Source of the DNA: Candidatus Micrarchaeota archaeon
GTDB lineage: Archaea; B1Sed10-29
Assembly (NCBI GenBank): GCA_964579265.1
Contig: CAZOFO010000003.1
Coordinates: 15,968 to 79,967 of the forward strand
Reading direction: 5' to 3'
DNA length: 64,000 nt
The notes beneath the pieces were generated by a model. That model was not told where the DNA came from. It saw nothing but the letters and a program-made list of their open reading frames with translations, and searched no databases. How positions within the stretch are numbered: the stretch's first letter is position 1; each line of letters opens with the position of its first letter. Below are positions 9,862 through 17,875 of the stretch, piece after piece. Made by a program: the position numbers and the translations under genes.

Positions 9862-10551
9862 TCAAAGAAATATAATTAATAGATAGATTAACATCGCTGA
9901 AATGGCTCCACAAGTAGTTGCCAGGAAATTAGTAATAGTGTTACCTATTGCTCCTTTCCCCTCCAGCACAGCTCCGATGAAAGAGTCAGCAAAATTCCCT
10001 AAAATTCCTGAAAGTAATGCTACTGGAACCACTATCCATCCTAATTCAAAGACTGAAATCAAACCTATTATTAATGCTCCTAACCCTCCTGCTAATGTAC
10101 CTAAAAAAGTTATTCCTCCGTTTGTACCTGGTTCAACTTTTTTTAGATTAGTTATTAATCTAGGTTTTGATTTTGAAAGAACTCCTAATTCGGAAGATAC
10201 AGTATCTGCCGTAGCAGTAGCAACGACTCCTATGAACGCTATAAAACCTACTACTCCTCCTAGAAGAGCCATTAAAAGGCCGATACCTGCATTACCCATT
10301 ACATTCCAAGCTCCTCTAGTTTTTTGCATTAAATCAGATTCTTTTTTCTCATCTGATTTGATTCTTGTTACAACTGTTCCGATTAAGTAAAATGAAAAAA
10401 GTATTAGAAACCATGAAAAATTCTGTCTAATTATAAGTATATATGAAAGAAAAATAGCTGAAAAAGCTCCTTTAATAGTTAAAGATCTTTTTTCAAGTCC
10501 GAATAGAGCTATAAATAGAGGTAAGGCGAATTTTATTAGGTTAAAAGACAT
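9862..10551 (-). CDS. DUF92/TMEM19-like integral membrane protein
   Basis: Polytopic membrane protein ~229 aa with RGAWNVMGNAGIG and FADS/GN motifs reminiscent of DUF92. Assignment is tentative. Confidence 0.4.
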   Translation of the reverse strand: MSFNLIKFALPLFIALFGLEKRSLTIKGAFSAIFLSYILIIRQNFSWFLILFSFYLIGTVVTRIKSDEKKESDLMQKTRGAWNVMGNAGIGLLMALLGGVVGFIAFIGVVATATADTVSSELGVLSKSKPRLITNLKKVEPGTNGGITFLGTLAGGLGALIIGLISVFELGWIVVPVALLSGILGNFADSFIGAVLEGKGAIGNTITNFLATTCGAISAMLIYLLIIFL

Positions 10552-10556
10552 TTTAG

Positions 10557-11156
10557 TTATTCTCCCTCTTCTACTTCACATTTAGTTATCTCGATTCTTT
10601 TTATAGGGGCTATTTCCTTTGCTTCTTTGAAAAGAGCTGTTGCTGTCTTACCAAATATCATTTTTTGAACAAGAGAATCAAAGTTGTTCTCTTTACTTTG
10701 TTTATGAAGTTCTTCACTCATTATCTTCCTTATCTTTTTTTCTTTTGATGAGTGTAGTTTTCCAACGGTAAACGCGTAGACAGTGACATGTAGGTTTTTA
10801 TCGTCTACTTCTATATCTTCTATTGTTTTTATAACGCTTCTTCCTTTTCTTATATTCTTTCTTATGTAATCTCTTGTTACTTTGAAGCTTTTGATTTTTG
10901 TTCTTATGGTTTCTCCTTCTATACCTTCTATTTTGAATTTTATTTTTATGTTATTATGATTTCTTTTCCCTGTTAGGTCTCTTAGTGAAGTTTCTATTGT
11001 TCTTTCTTCTAATTCATCTGTTTCTATTGCTGGTGTTTCCCCTATACCTTTTTCTTCAAATATTTCAGGGGCTTCTATTTTGTACCATTCTTTGTCTTTC
11101 CATTTGTTGGCTTTTTTAGCTGTTTTTGCTTTTGGCATATAATCACTATTTTTCAA
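10557..11156 (-). CDS. rps3ae: 30S ribosomal protein S3Ae (eS1)
   Basis: N-terminus AKKANKWKDKEWYKIEAPEIF is the S3Ae hallmark; 199 aa. Confidence 0.85.
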   Translation of the reverse strand: MKNSDYMPKAKTAKKANKWKDKEWYKIEAPEIFEEKGIGETPAIETDELEERTIETSLRDLTGKRNHNNIKIKFKIEGIEGETIRTKIKSFKVTRDYIRKNIRKGRSVIKTIEDIEVDDKNLHVTVYAFTVGKLHSSKEKKIRKIMSEELHKQSKENNFDSLVQKMIFGKTATALFKEAKEIAPIKRIEITKCEVEEGE

Positions 11157-11604
11157 CTAGTAGTTTTGCTTTTTCTGGGTCGTAGTACCAGTTATCTTCT
11201 AATTCTCCTTGTTTTTTATAGTATTTTGTTAGTCTTCTAATCTTTGATTCTATTAGTTTTAGATTTCTTTTGTTCTTTTTATCTTTATTGTGTTTTTCTA
11301 GGTGTTTTCTTACTTTTACTGCTTTTTCCATTAGGTTCATCAGGTCTTCTGGGTATTCTGATTCTTTTCCTTCTTTTTCAAGTATTTGAGTTATTTTTTC
11401 TCCTGTAACTGCTTTGACATCTGGTACTCCGTATTCGTCTCTCAGTATTCTTCCAATATCGCTTGGATTTTTTCCTTCTTCTCTTAATTCTATTATTTTT
11501 TCTCTTATCTCTTTTTCGGATTGGTCAATCCATGTTGGGGGTTCATCTGATGCGGGGGAGGTTGAACCTGATTTTCCCTTGTCTTTTGTGTGCATTCTTG
11601 TCAT
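11146..11604 (-). CDS. rps15: 30S ribosomal protein S15 (uS15/S13e)
   Basis: MTRMHTKDKGKSGS... IGRILRDEYGVPDVK ... ESKIRRLTKYY are conserved uS15 motifs. Confidence 0.85.
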   Translation of the reverse strand: MTRMHTKDKGKSGSTSPASDEPPTWIDQSEKEIREKIIELREEGKNPSDIGRILRDEYGVPDVKAVTGEKITQILEKEGKESEYPEDLMNLMEKAVKVRKHLEKHNKDKKNKRNLKLIESKIRRLTKYYKKQGELEDNWYYDPEKAKLLVEK

Positions 11605-11759
11605 GGTTATCTCTATTTGTCATTTTATAAGTTGATTAAGTAGAATTTTTCTTTGAATTTAAATTTTAGTATTTTTTGCTTGTTTTTTGCTTTTTCTTCT
11701 CTTGCTCTGTATTCCTGTTATTTTATTGTGATTAACCTGCTTTATAAATTTGTCTTAAT

Positions 11760-12374
11760 CTATTGTTTTTCATCTTTTTCAGTGTATCTTCCTCTTTTTT
11801 CTATTTTTCTCATCTTGCTTAATATTCTTTTCTTATTGTATTCTTTTTTTAAGTTTTCCCATATTTCGTTAAATTCTTTCCAGTGTGTGCTTTTGAGCAT
11901 TTTTTTGAATACTAGGAGATCCATTGCTTTGTCTTCTATTCTTTTTGTTTTTTCGGAGAGTCCGAAGTCTATGAAGTATAGTTCTTCTTCTTTTCTTATT
12001 ATATTGGATGTTGTTAGGTCGTTGTGAACTATGTTTTCTTTATGTAGTTTTTTTATTAGTTTTCCTATTTCTTTTCCTATTTTTGAGGGTTTTTCTTTTC
12101 CTTTTTTTATTCTTTCTTTTATTGTTTCTCCTTCTATGTATTCCATTATTATATTGGATTTCTCTGTATCTACTTGGAATATGTAGGGTGTTTTCACTGC
12201 TTTTCGAGATCTTCTCATCATTTTGGATTCGTTGAGGGTTCTTCTTTTCTTTATTGTGTCGTCTAGTTCTTTTATTCTGTGTTTTTTTGGTTTTCTTTCT
12301 TTTTCTACTGTTTTGAATCCTAGGTAGTTATTTTTGTAGAGGGTTGCTTCTGCTCCTTTGTATATTATTTCCAT
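11760..12374 (-). CDS. bud32: KEOPS subunit Bud32 (small RIO-type kinase)
   Basis: ~200-aa atypical kinase: glycine loop region, catalytic HNDLTTSNII and DFG (IDFGLS); located near kae1. Confidence 0.75.
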   Translation of the reverse strand: MEIIYKGAEATLYKNNYLGFKTVEKERKPKKHRIKELDDTIKKRRTLNESKMMRRSRKAVKTPYIFQVDTEKSNIIMEYIEGETIKERIKKGKEKPSKIGKEIGKLIKKLHKENIVHNDLTTSNIIRKEEELYFIDFGLSEKTKRIEDKAMDLLVFKKMLKSTHWKEFNEIWENLKKEYNKKRILSKMRKIEKRGRYTEKDEKQ

Positions 12375-12389
12375 TTTTTCACTTTTTTG

Positions 12390-12803
12390 CTAGAATAGTT
12401 TTTTTCCTACTCTTTTTATTCTTACTTCTGGGTTTGTTAATCTATCGCATTGTCTTTGAGTTTCTAATTCTATTTCAAAACTAGTTTTGTCGTCTGGTTC
12501 CTGGATGTTTTTTATAGTTTCAAATGTTTCTGCTGGTGGTTTTTCCGGTACTTCTTCTATTATTGCTTTTAGTTCTATCTCTTTTACTTCGTATTCGTAT
12601 TCTATCTCTATTTCACCTGTAAAAGTAACTAGACATCTGTTTTCACCGATTTCTTGTTTTTGGATTGGTTCTAGATGGTGTTCTACGTCTGGGTCTGTTC
12701 TAGCTACTTGTATTAAGTTTGAAATGATAGGGTAGGAGAGTACAATTACTACTGCTATTATTATTAAGGTTATTAATGTTTTGTGGCTGGTTCCTTTTTT
12801 CAT
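12390..12803 (-). CDS. Hypothetical membrane-anchored protein inserted between kae1 and bud32
   Basis: N-terminal TM LITLIIIAVVIVLSYPII, acidic E-rich body, no recognisable domain. Confidence 0.4.
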   Translation of the reverse strand: MKKGTSHKTLITLIIIAVVIVLSYPIISNLIQVARTDPDVEHHLEPIQKQEIGENRCLVTFTGEIEIEYEYEVKEIELKAIIEEVPEKPPAETFETIKNIQEPDDKTSFEIELETQRQCDRLTNPEVRIKRVGKKLF

Positions 12804-12847
12804 TTTTTCGCCTCTGTTTTTATTTGTACTTCTTTATTTTTTATATT

Positions 12848-13843
12848 TTATTTTTTTGCTCTGTATTTGTTGGTTCTCCAGTTGGGTTTTATATCTATTT
12901 TTTCCGGTTTTTTAGCTTTTTCTTTGTATATTTCTCCTGTGTAGGCTATCATGGCTCCGTTATCTCCACAGTATTCTCTTTTTGGGGTGTGGAAGCTTGC
13001 TCCGTGTTCTTCTGCCATTTTTTCATCAATTTCTCTTAGTCTGGTGTTCATTGCTACTCCTCCGGTTAATAGTAGTTCTTCTTTTTTGGTGTGGGCTATT
13101 GCTCTTTCTGTCACTTCTACTAGCATTGAGAGAATTGTTTCTTGAAATGAATAAGCTAGGTCTTCTTTTGTATATTCTTCTTTGTTTTTTAGTTTTTTGT
13201 ATTCTTTTTTTGCTTGTGTTACTAGTCCTGAGAAGGATAAGTCCATTCCTTTGACGGTGTAGGGTAATTCGATGTAGTTTTCTCCTTTTTCTGCCATTTT
13301 CATTATTTTTGGCCCTCCTGGCATCTTTAGATTCATTTCTCTTGCAAATTTATCAAAGGCGTTTCCTATGCCTATGTCCAGTGTTTCTCCATGTATTCTG
13401 TATCTTGAACCTGCATATGATATTATTTGGGTGTTTCCTCCTGAAACGTATTGTACTAGTGGGTCTTTTGCTTCTGTATCTTTTTTACTAACTTCTATGT
13501 GGGCTATACAATGATTAACTGGAACTATATTTGCTTTTAATTCTTTAGATAGTTTTTTTGCTAGTTCAACTCCTTGAAGTAGACAGGGGGGCAATCCTGG
13601 TCCGTTTGCAACTGCTATTAAATCTATTTCGTCTTTTTCTATTCCTGCTTCTTCTATTGCTTTCTTTAATGTTTTTTCTCTCGTTTTTTCATGGTGTTCT
13701 GCTGCTTCTCTTGGTATTATCCCTTCTCCTTCTTCTGGTTTGTAGATGCTCTTTTCGTTCGCGATTATCTCTTTGTTTTTGGTTATCCCTATTCCCAGGG
13801 TGTGTGCTGTTGATTCTATTCCAAGACAGTTCATTTTTTTCAC
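12848..13843 (-). CDS. kae1: tRNA N6-adenosine threonylcarbamoyltransferase Kae1 (KEOPS catalytic subunit)
   Basis: MNCLGIESTAHTLGIGI..., HCIAHIE, GGVAMN motifs of the Kae1/TsaD ASKHA fold; 331 aa. Confidence 0.85.
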   Translation of the reverse strand: MKKMNCLGIESTAHTLGIGITKNKEIIANEKSIYKPEEGEGIIPREAAEHHEKTREKTLKKAIEEAGIEKDEIDLIAVANGPGLPPCLLQGVELAKKLSKELKANIVPVNHCIAHIEVSKKDTEAKDPLVQYVSGGNTQIISYAGSRYRIHGETLDIGIGNAFDKFAREMNLKMPGGPKIMKMAEKGENYIELPYTVKGMDLSFSGLVTQAKKEYKKLKNKEEYTKEDLAYSFQETILSMLVEVTERAIAHTKKEELLLTGGVAMNTRLREIDEKMAEEHGASFHTPKREYCGDNGAMIAYTGEIYKEKAKKPEKIDIKPNWRTNKYRAKK

Positions 13844-13846
13844 TTT

Positions 13847-14359
13847 TCAGATTAAATATACTGGTAGTATTGCTACGAGGTTGTAGAAGGTATGGCTTAG
13901 TATCGGGCTGTATACTCCTCCTGTTTTTTCGTATTGGTATCCTAGGAGTAGTCCTAGGAAGAAGGTTCCTACAACCTGTGAAATTGTTCCGTAGGTGATG
14001 TGAAATACTGCGAATATGATTGAGGCTATCCATAGGTTTGTTTTTTCTTGGATAAGTCCTCTGAAGAATACTTCTTCTATGAATGATCCTATTAAGACTA
14101 TTATCAATATTTCATGTATTGGTATTTGTCTTAGTATTTCTGTTGTTCTTTGCACGTCTTGATGCATTCCTAATTGTTGGAAGGTTAAGCTTATTATTGA
14201 GGATACTACGAGCATTATTACGAGAAATATTATGGCTATTGCGGTTTCTCTACTTATTTTTATGTCTTTTTTGAATCCTAGTCTATCGAGTATTGTTCCT
14301 TTCTTTATGTACAGGGTTATTGAGAGTAGAACTAGGTATAGAGCTATTGAGACTATCAT
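13847..14359 (-). CDS. CPBP family intramembrane metalloprotease (CAAX protease/Abi family)
   Basis: EEVFFRG motif 1 and FAVFH motif in a polytopic membrane protein. Confidence 0.7.
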   Translation of the reverse strand: MIVSIALYLVLLSITLYIKKGTILDRLGFKKDIKISRETAIAIIFLVIMLVVSSIISLTFQQLGMHQDVQRTTEILRQIPIHEILIIVLIGSFIEEVFFRGLIQEKTNLWIASIIFAVFHITYGTISQVVGTFFLGLLLGYQYEKTGGVYSPILSHTFYNLVAILPVYLI

Positions 14360-14379
14360 TTTTTCTCAATTTTCCTTTA

Positions 14380-14526
14380 TTATTCTTTCCATCTAGTGTA
14401 TCCGCATTTACCGCAGTGTTCTCTGTCTTTGTGTTTTGCTAGTAGTGTTCCTTCTCCGCATTTTGGGCAGTTTGGATTGTCTTTTTCTATTTCTTTGTCT
14501 TTAACTTTGTATTTTTCTCCTTTCAT
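14380..14526 (-). CDS. rps27ae: 30S ribosomal protein S27ae (eS31), zinc ribbon
   Basis: Not in ORF track. Hand translation gives [48 protein letters not shown] (C4 ribbon). Its ATG overlaps the rps24e stop (ATGA), the conserved rps24e-rps27ae pairing. Confidence 0.8.
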   Translation of the reverse strand: MKGEKYKVKDKEIEKDNPNCPKCGEGTLLAKHKDREHCGKCGYTRWKE

Positions 14527-14810
14527 TCTTCTTCCTCCTTGTGGTTTCTTTCTTTTTTGTATTTTTTACTGTATTTTTCCCGGTCTTCTGGTGATTCGTA
14601 TGCTTTTACTATGCATTTTGCTTCTTTCTTACCGTATTCTTGTTCTATTTTGTCTATGACTATGTTTTCTTTTTCCTGGTTTAGTTTTGCTGAGATTTTT
14701 TCTAGTACTTCTTGTCTTGAGGGTGTTTCTTCGTAATTCTTTATTTTTAGAGTAATCTTTTTTCTATTTAGTGCGGGGTTTTCTTCTTTTTTTTCTTCTA
14801 TTATCTTCAT
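14523..14810 (-). CDS. rps24e: 30S ribosomal protein S24e (eS24)
   Basis: [28 protein letters not shown] matches the S24e core; followed by rps27ae. Confidence 0.8.
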   Translation of the reverse strand: MKIIEEKKEENPALNRKKITLKIKNYEETPSRQEVLEKISAKLNQEKENIVIDKIEQEYGKKEAKCIVKAYESPEDREKYSKKYKKERNHKEEEE

Positions 14811-14834
14811 TTTATCACCTTTTTAGTCTTTATC

Positions 14835-15023
14835 TTATCTTTTGATTCTTAATGCGTATTTTCCTGGTGTTTTGACACTTAGTTCTTCCGCTAGTTCTGA
14901 TTCGTCTGGACTTAGGATTATTGTATATCCTTTCCAGCTTTGTGTTAGGTCTGATTCTTTGCATATTGGGCATTGATTTCCTTTGACTATTTTATGGCAT
15001 TTTTTACATGCTTTGTCTTTCAT
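14835..15023 (-). CDS. spt4: Transcription elongation factor Spt4 / RNAP subunit E''
   Basis: KACKKC...CPIC zinc ribbon, then SWKGYTIILSPDESELA; overlaps the rpoE stop (conserved rpoE-spt4 operon). Confidence 0.85.
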   Translation of the reverse strand: MKDKACKKCHKIVKGNQCPICKESDLTQSWKGYTIILSPDESELAEELSVKTPGKYALRIKR

Positions 15024-15586
15024 TTTTGATCACTTTTTTCTTTGTTTTCTTTTTCTTCTTCTATCCATTCTTTTTTTCCTAATCCTGGTTGTTTCATGGT
15101 TAGATTGATTTTTGATTCGTTTACATTGTCTTTTAGTGATACGGCTATTATTCTAGCTCTTACTTTATCGTCTTTTTTTATGCTTCTGTCTGTTTCTTTT
15201 CCTGATAGTGCTCCTGTTTTTTGGTTGTGGGTCATGTAGTCGTCCGTTATTTGAGATACGTGTGCTAGTGCGTCTATTGGTCCGAATCTTACGAACGCTC
15301 CGAAGTCCACTATTTCGTTTACGTATCCTCTTACGGGTTCGTGTAGCTTTGGATTGAATGTTAATGCGTTGAATATTACTTCGTAGTATGCTGATCCGTC
15401 TCCCTGTATTATTTTTCCGTTTTTTATTTCTCTGCATTCGTCTACGCTTATTATTACTCCTAAGTCTTGATCTATTCTTGATTCGTATTTATCTTGTAGT
15501 GCTTTTTTTGCTGATTCTTCTAATGGTTTGTCAAAGTATTTTGGCGGTATTCTTACTGAGTCTTTTGCTGTAATCATTTGATACAT
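15020..15586 (-). CDS. rpoE: DNA-directed RNA polymerase subunit E' (Rpo7)
   Basis: Rpb7-like N domain plus S1 domain (VRGYVNEIVDFGAFVRFGPIDALAHVSQI). Confidence 0.85.
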   Translation of the reverse strand: MYQMITAKDSVRIPPKYFDKPLEESAKKALQDKYESRIDQDLGVIISVDECREIKNGKIIQGDGSAYYEVIFNALTFNPKLHEPVRGYVNEIVDFGAFVRFGPIDALAHVSQITDDYMTHNQKTGALSGKETDRSIKKDDKVRARIIAVSLKDNVNESKINLTMKQPGLGKKEWIEEEKENKEKSDQK

Positions 15587-15614
15587 TTTTTATCCCTCTT
15601 TTTTAGTTTTTTAT

Positions 15615-16151
15615 TTATTTTTGTTGATCGTATTTTTCCATTGCTTTTTTGACTTGTTCGTGTGCTTTTTTTACTCCTAGCCAGTCTTTTACTTCTACCC
15701 ATTTTGATTTTTCCAGTTCTTTGTAGTCGCTGAAGAAGTGAGCTATTTCTTGTCTCTTGTGTTTATTTACGGAACTTATGTCTCTGTATTCTGCTTTTCT
15801 TGGGTCTTTCATTGGTGCTCCTAGTACTTTATCATCTATTCCTTTTTCGTCTTCCATTCTAAGAACTCCTATTGGTCTTACTTCTATTACGCATCCGGGG
15901 AATGTTGGTTCTTCTGTTAGAACCAGTACGTCTAGTGCGTCTCCGTCTTCTGATATTGTTTGAGGTATGAATCCGTAGTCTCCTGGGTAGTGGAATGGTG
16001 AGTGTATTACTCTATCTAGTTTGAAGTATCCTTCTTCGTCTTGGTATTCTATTTTGTTTCTGCTTCGTCTTGGTATCTCTATTACTGCGTTGACTATTTT
16101 TGGAGGGTTTTTTCCTCTTGGTATATCTTTCCATAGGTTTTTTCCTTTCAT
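15615..16151 (-). CDS. ppa: Inorganic pyrophosphatase (family I)
   Basis: NAVIEIPRRSRNKIEY...DGDALDVLVL...DDKVLGAPMKDP are classic PPase motifs. Confidence 0.85.
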   Translation of the reverse strand: MKGKNLWKDIPRGKNPPKIVNAVIEIPRRSRNKIEYQDEEGYFKLDRVIHSPFHYPGDYGFIPQTISEDGDALDVLVLTEEPTFPGCVIEVRPIGVLRMEDEKGIDDKVLGAPMKDPRKAEYRDISSVNKHKRQEIAHFFSDYKELEKSKWVEVKDWLGVKKAHEQVKKAMEKYDQQK

Positions 16152-16215
16152 GTTTTTGGTCTCCTTTTTTGTTCGTTTTTTTATTCTTTCCGTGTTTTTT
16201 ATTTGTCTTTGACTT

Positions 16216-16629
16216 TTACATTTTTTTGTTTTTTACGGGGTTTATTCTTCCCAGTGTCTTATTGCTTCTCAGGTAAACCACTGGTATTTCTTTTTTCAGG
16301 CATCTTTTTTTTAGTTCTTTGTCATTTGTGGCTACTGTTGCTTTTTCTTTTTCAGCGTATTCTAGTATTCTATCGTCCACGTGTTCTTTTTCTGTTTCTA
16401 TTTTTTCTTCTTTAATGTCTTTTTTTTCTATTATCTGTAATGCTATCTTACTTTCTTTTTTTCCAAGTCTTTCTAATTCTTTTTTGATTGATTTGAGCAC
16501 TATTAGTTCTGCTGTTGGTTCTTTTTGTTTTATTTCTTTGAATATATCGATTTTTTTTGTTTCTGGTATTAATAGGAAGTTTGTGTCTAGCACTATTTTT
16601 TCTCTTTTCATTTTTTCTCCTTTATTCAT
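16216..16629 (-). CDS. PIN-domain ribonuclease of the conserved aIF2gamma-PIN-rpoE cluster
   Basis: IVLDTNFLL at N-terminus and ATNDKELKKRC near C-terminus (PIN acidic residues); position matches the conserved archaeal gene order. Confidence 0.6.
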   Translation of the reverse strand: MNKGEKMKREKIVLDTNFLLIPETKKIDIFKEIKQKEPTAELIVLKSIKKELERLGKKESKIALQIIEKKDIKEEKIETEKEHVDDRILEYAEKEKATVATNDKELKKRCLKKEIPVVYLRSNKTLGRINPVKNKKM

Positions 16630-17824
16630 TTATTTTTCCGTATCCTATCAGTCTCCATCTTCCTCTGGTTTTTCTTGATATTGCAATTCTTGATTCTTTT
16701 TCCATTGGCATTTCTTTTTGTAGTTTGATCTTTACAGAGTTTTTAAATATCTTTTTTACTGTCCCGAGTACTGTTCCTGTTCCAACTGTTAGTACTAGTT
16801 TTTCATTAGTTTTTATAGGTTCTACTTTTTCTATTCCCATTTTTCCGCCTATTAGTTTTGGTTTTATCTTTATTTCTTTTTTCAGTGGAGGTGTTGTTCC
16901 TTTTTCTCCTATTATGGATCCTATTAGATTATCTCCTTTGGTTAGTGAGGGGTCTAGTTTTGTTTGTATTCCTATTAATCCTCCTGGTTTTGCTTTTTCT
17001 ATCTGGTGTTTTTCTGTTGATAGTGATTCTATCTCTGTTTCTAGTTTTTTTGTCTTTCCTTTTTTTCTTACTCCTGGGACTATCTCTATTTTGTCTCCTT
17101 TTTCCAGTTCTCCTTGTGTTAGGGATCCTCCTATTACTCCTCCTTTTATTTCTTCTATCTCTGTTCCTGGTTTATTTATATCGAAGGATCTTGCTACGTA
17201 GAGTTTTCCTGGTTTCTCTGGATCTCTTTCAGGGGTTGGTATTTCTTTTTCTATTGCTTCTATTAGTTTATCGTAGTTAATGTCGTGGTGAGCGGCTATT
17301 GGTATTATAGGTGCGTTTTCTGCTACTGTTCCTTTTACAAACTTTTCTATTTGTTTTTTATGTTCTTCTGCTTCTTCTTTTCCTACTAAGTCAACTTTTG
17401 TTTGGACTATAACAATGTTTTCTGTATTTGTTATGTCAAGAGCTGCTAGATGTTCTTTTGTTTGTGGTTGGGGGCATTCTTCATTAGCTGATATTACTAG
17501 TACAGCTCCGTCCATTATTCTTGCTCCGGATAATGTTACTGTCATCAGTGTTTCGTGTCCTGGGCAATCTACAAATGATACTTTTCTCAGTATTTCGGTT
17601 TCTCCTTCACATTTTTCTGGATCATAGGTGTATTTTTTTTCTCCGTTTTTGCATTTGTAGAAGGTTGTGTCGGCGTATCCTAGTTTCATGGTTATTCCTC
17701 TTTTTAGTTCTTCGCTGTGTGTATCTGTCCATTTTCCACTCAGTCCTTTGACTATTGATGTCTTTCCGTGGTCTACGTGACCTGCTAGTCCGATGTTAAC
17801 TTCGGCTTGTTTTGGTTCGTCCAT
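16622..17824 (-). CDS. eif2g: Translation initiation factor 2 subunit gamma (aIF2-gamma)
   Basis: VNIGLAGHVDHGKTS G1 motif, DCPGHE, zinc knuckle C..C/C..C, domains II/III; 400 aa. Confidence 0.9.
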   Translation of the reverse strand: MDEPKQAEVNIGLAGHVDHGKTSIVKGLSGKWTDTHSEELKRGITMKLGYADTTFYKCKNGEKKYTYDPEKCEGETEILRKVSFVDCPGHETLMTVTLSGARIMDGAVLVISANEECPQPQTKEHLAALDITNTENIVIVQTKVDLVGKEEAEEHKKQIEKFVKGTVAENAPIIPIAAHHDINYDKLIEAIEKEIPTPERDPEKPGKLYVARSFDINKPGTEIEEIKGGVIGGSLTQGELEKGDKIEIVPGVRKKGKTKKLETEIESLSTEKHQIEKAKPGGLIGIQTKLDPSLTKGDNLIGSIIGEKGTTPPLKKEIKIKPKLIGGKMGIEKVEPIKTNEKLVLTVGTGTVLGTVKKIFKNSVKIKLQKEMPMEKESRIAISRKTRGRWRLIGYGKINE

Positions 17825-17875
17825 TTTATCGCACCTTAATATCCTTCAATTGGGCGAATCTATTTTTTCTATTTT

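Noticed and set aside
9902-10390. 162-aa plus-strand ORF inside the DUF92 membrane protein gene
   Set aside because: Opposite-strand shadow; the minus-strand frame gives a coherent multi-TM protein with conserved motifs.
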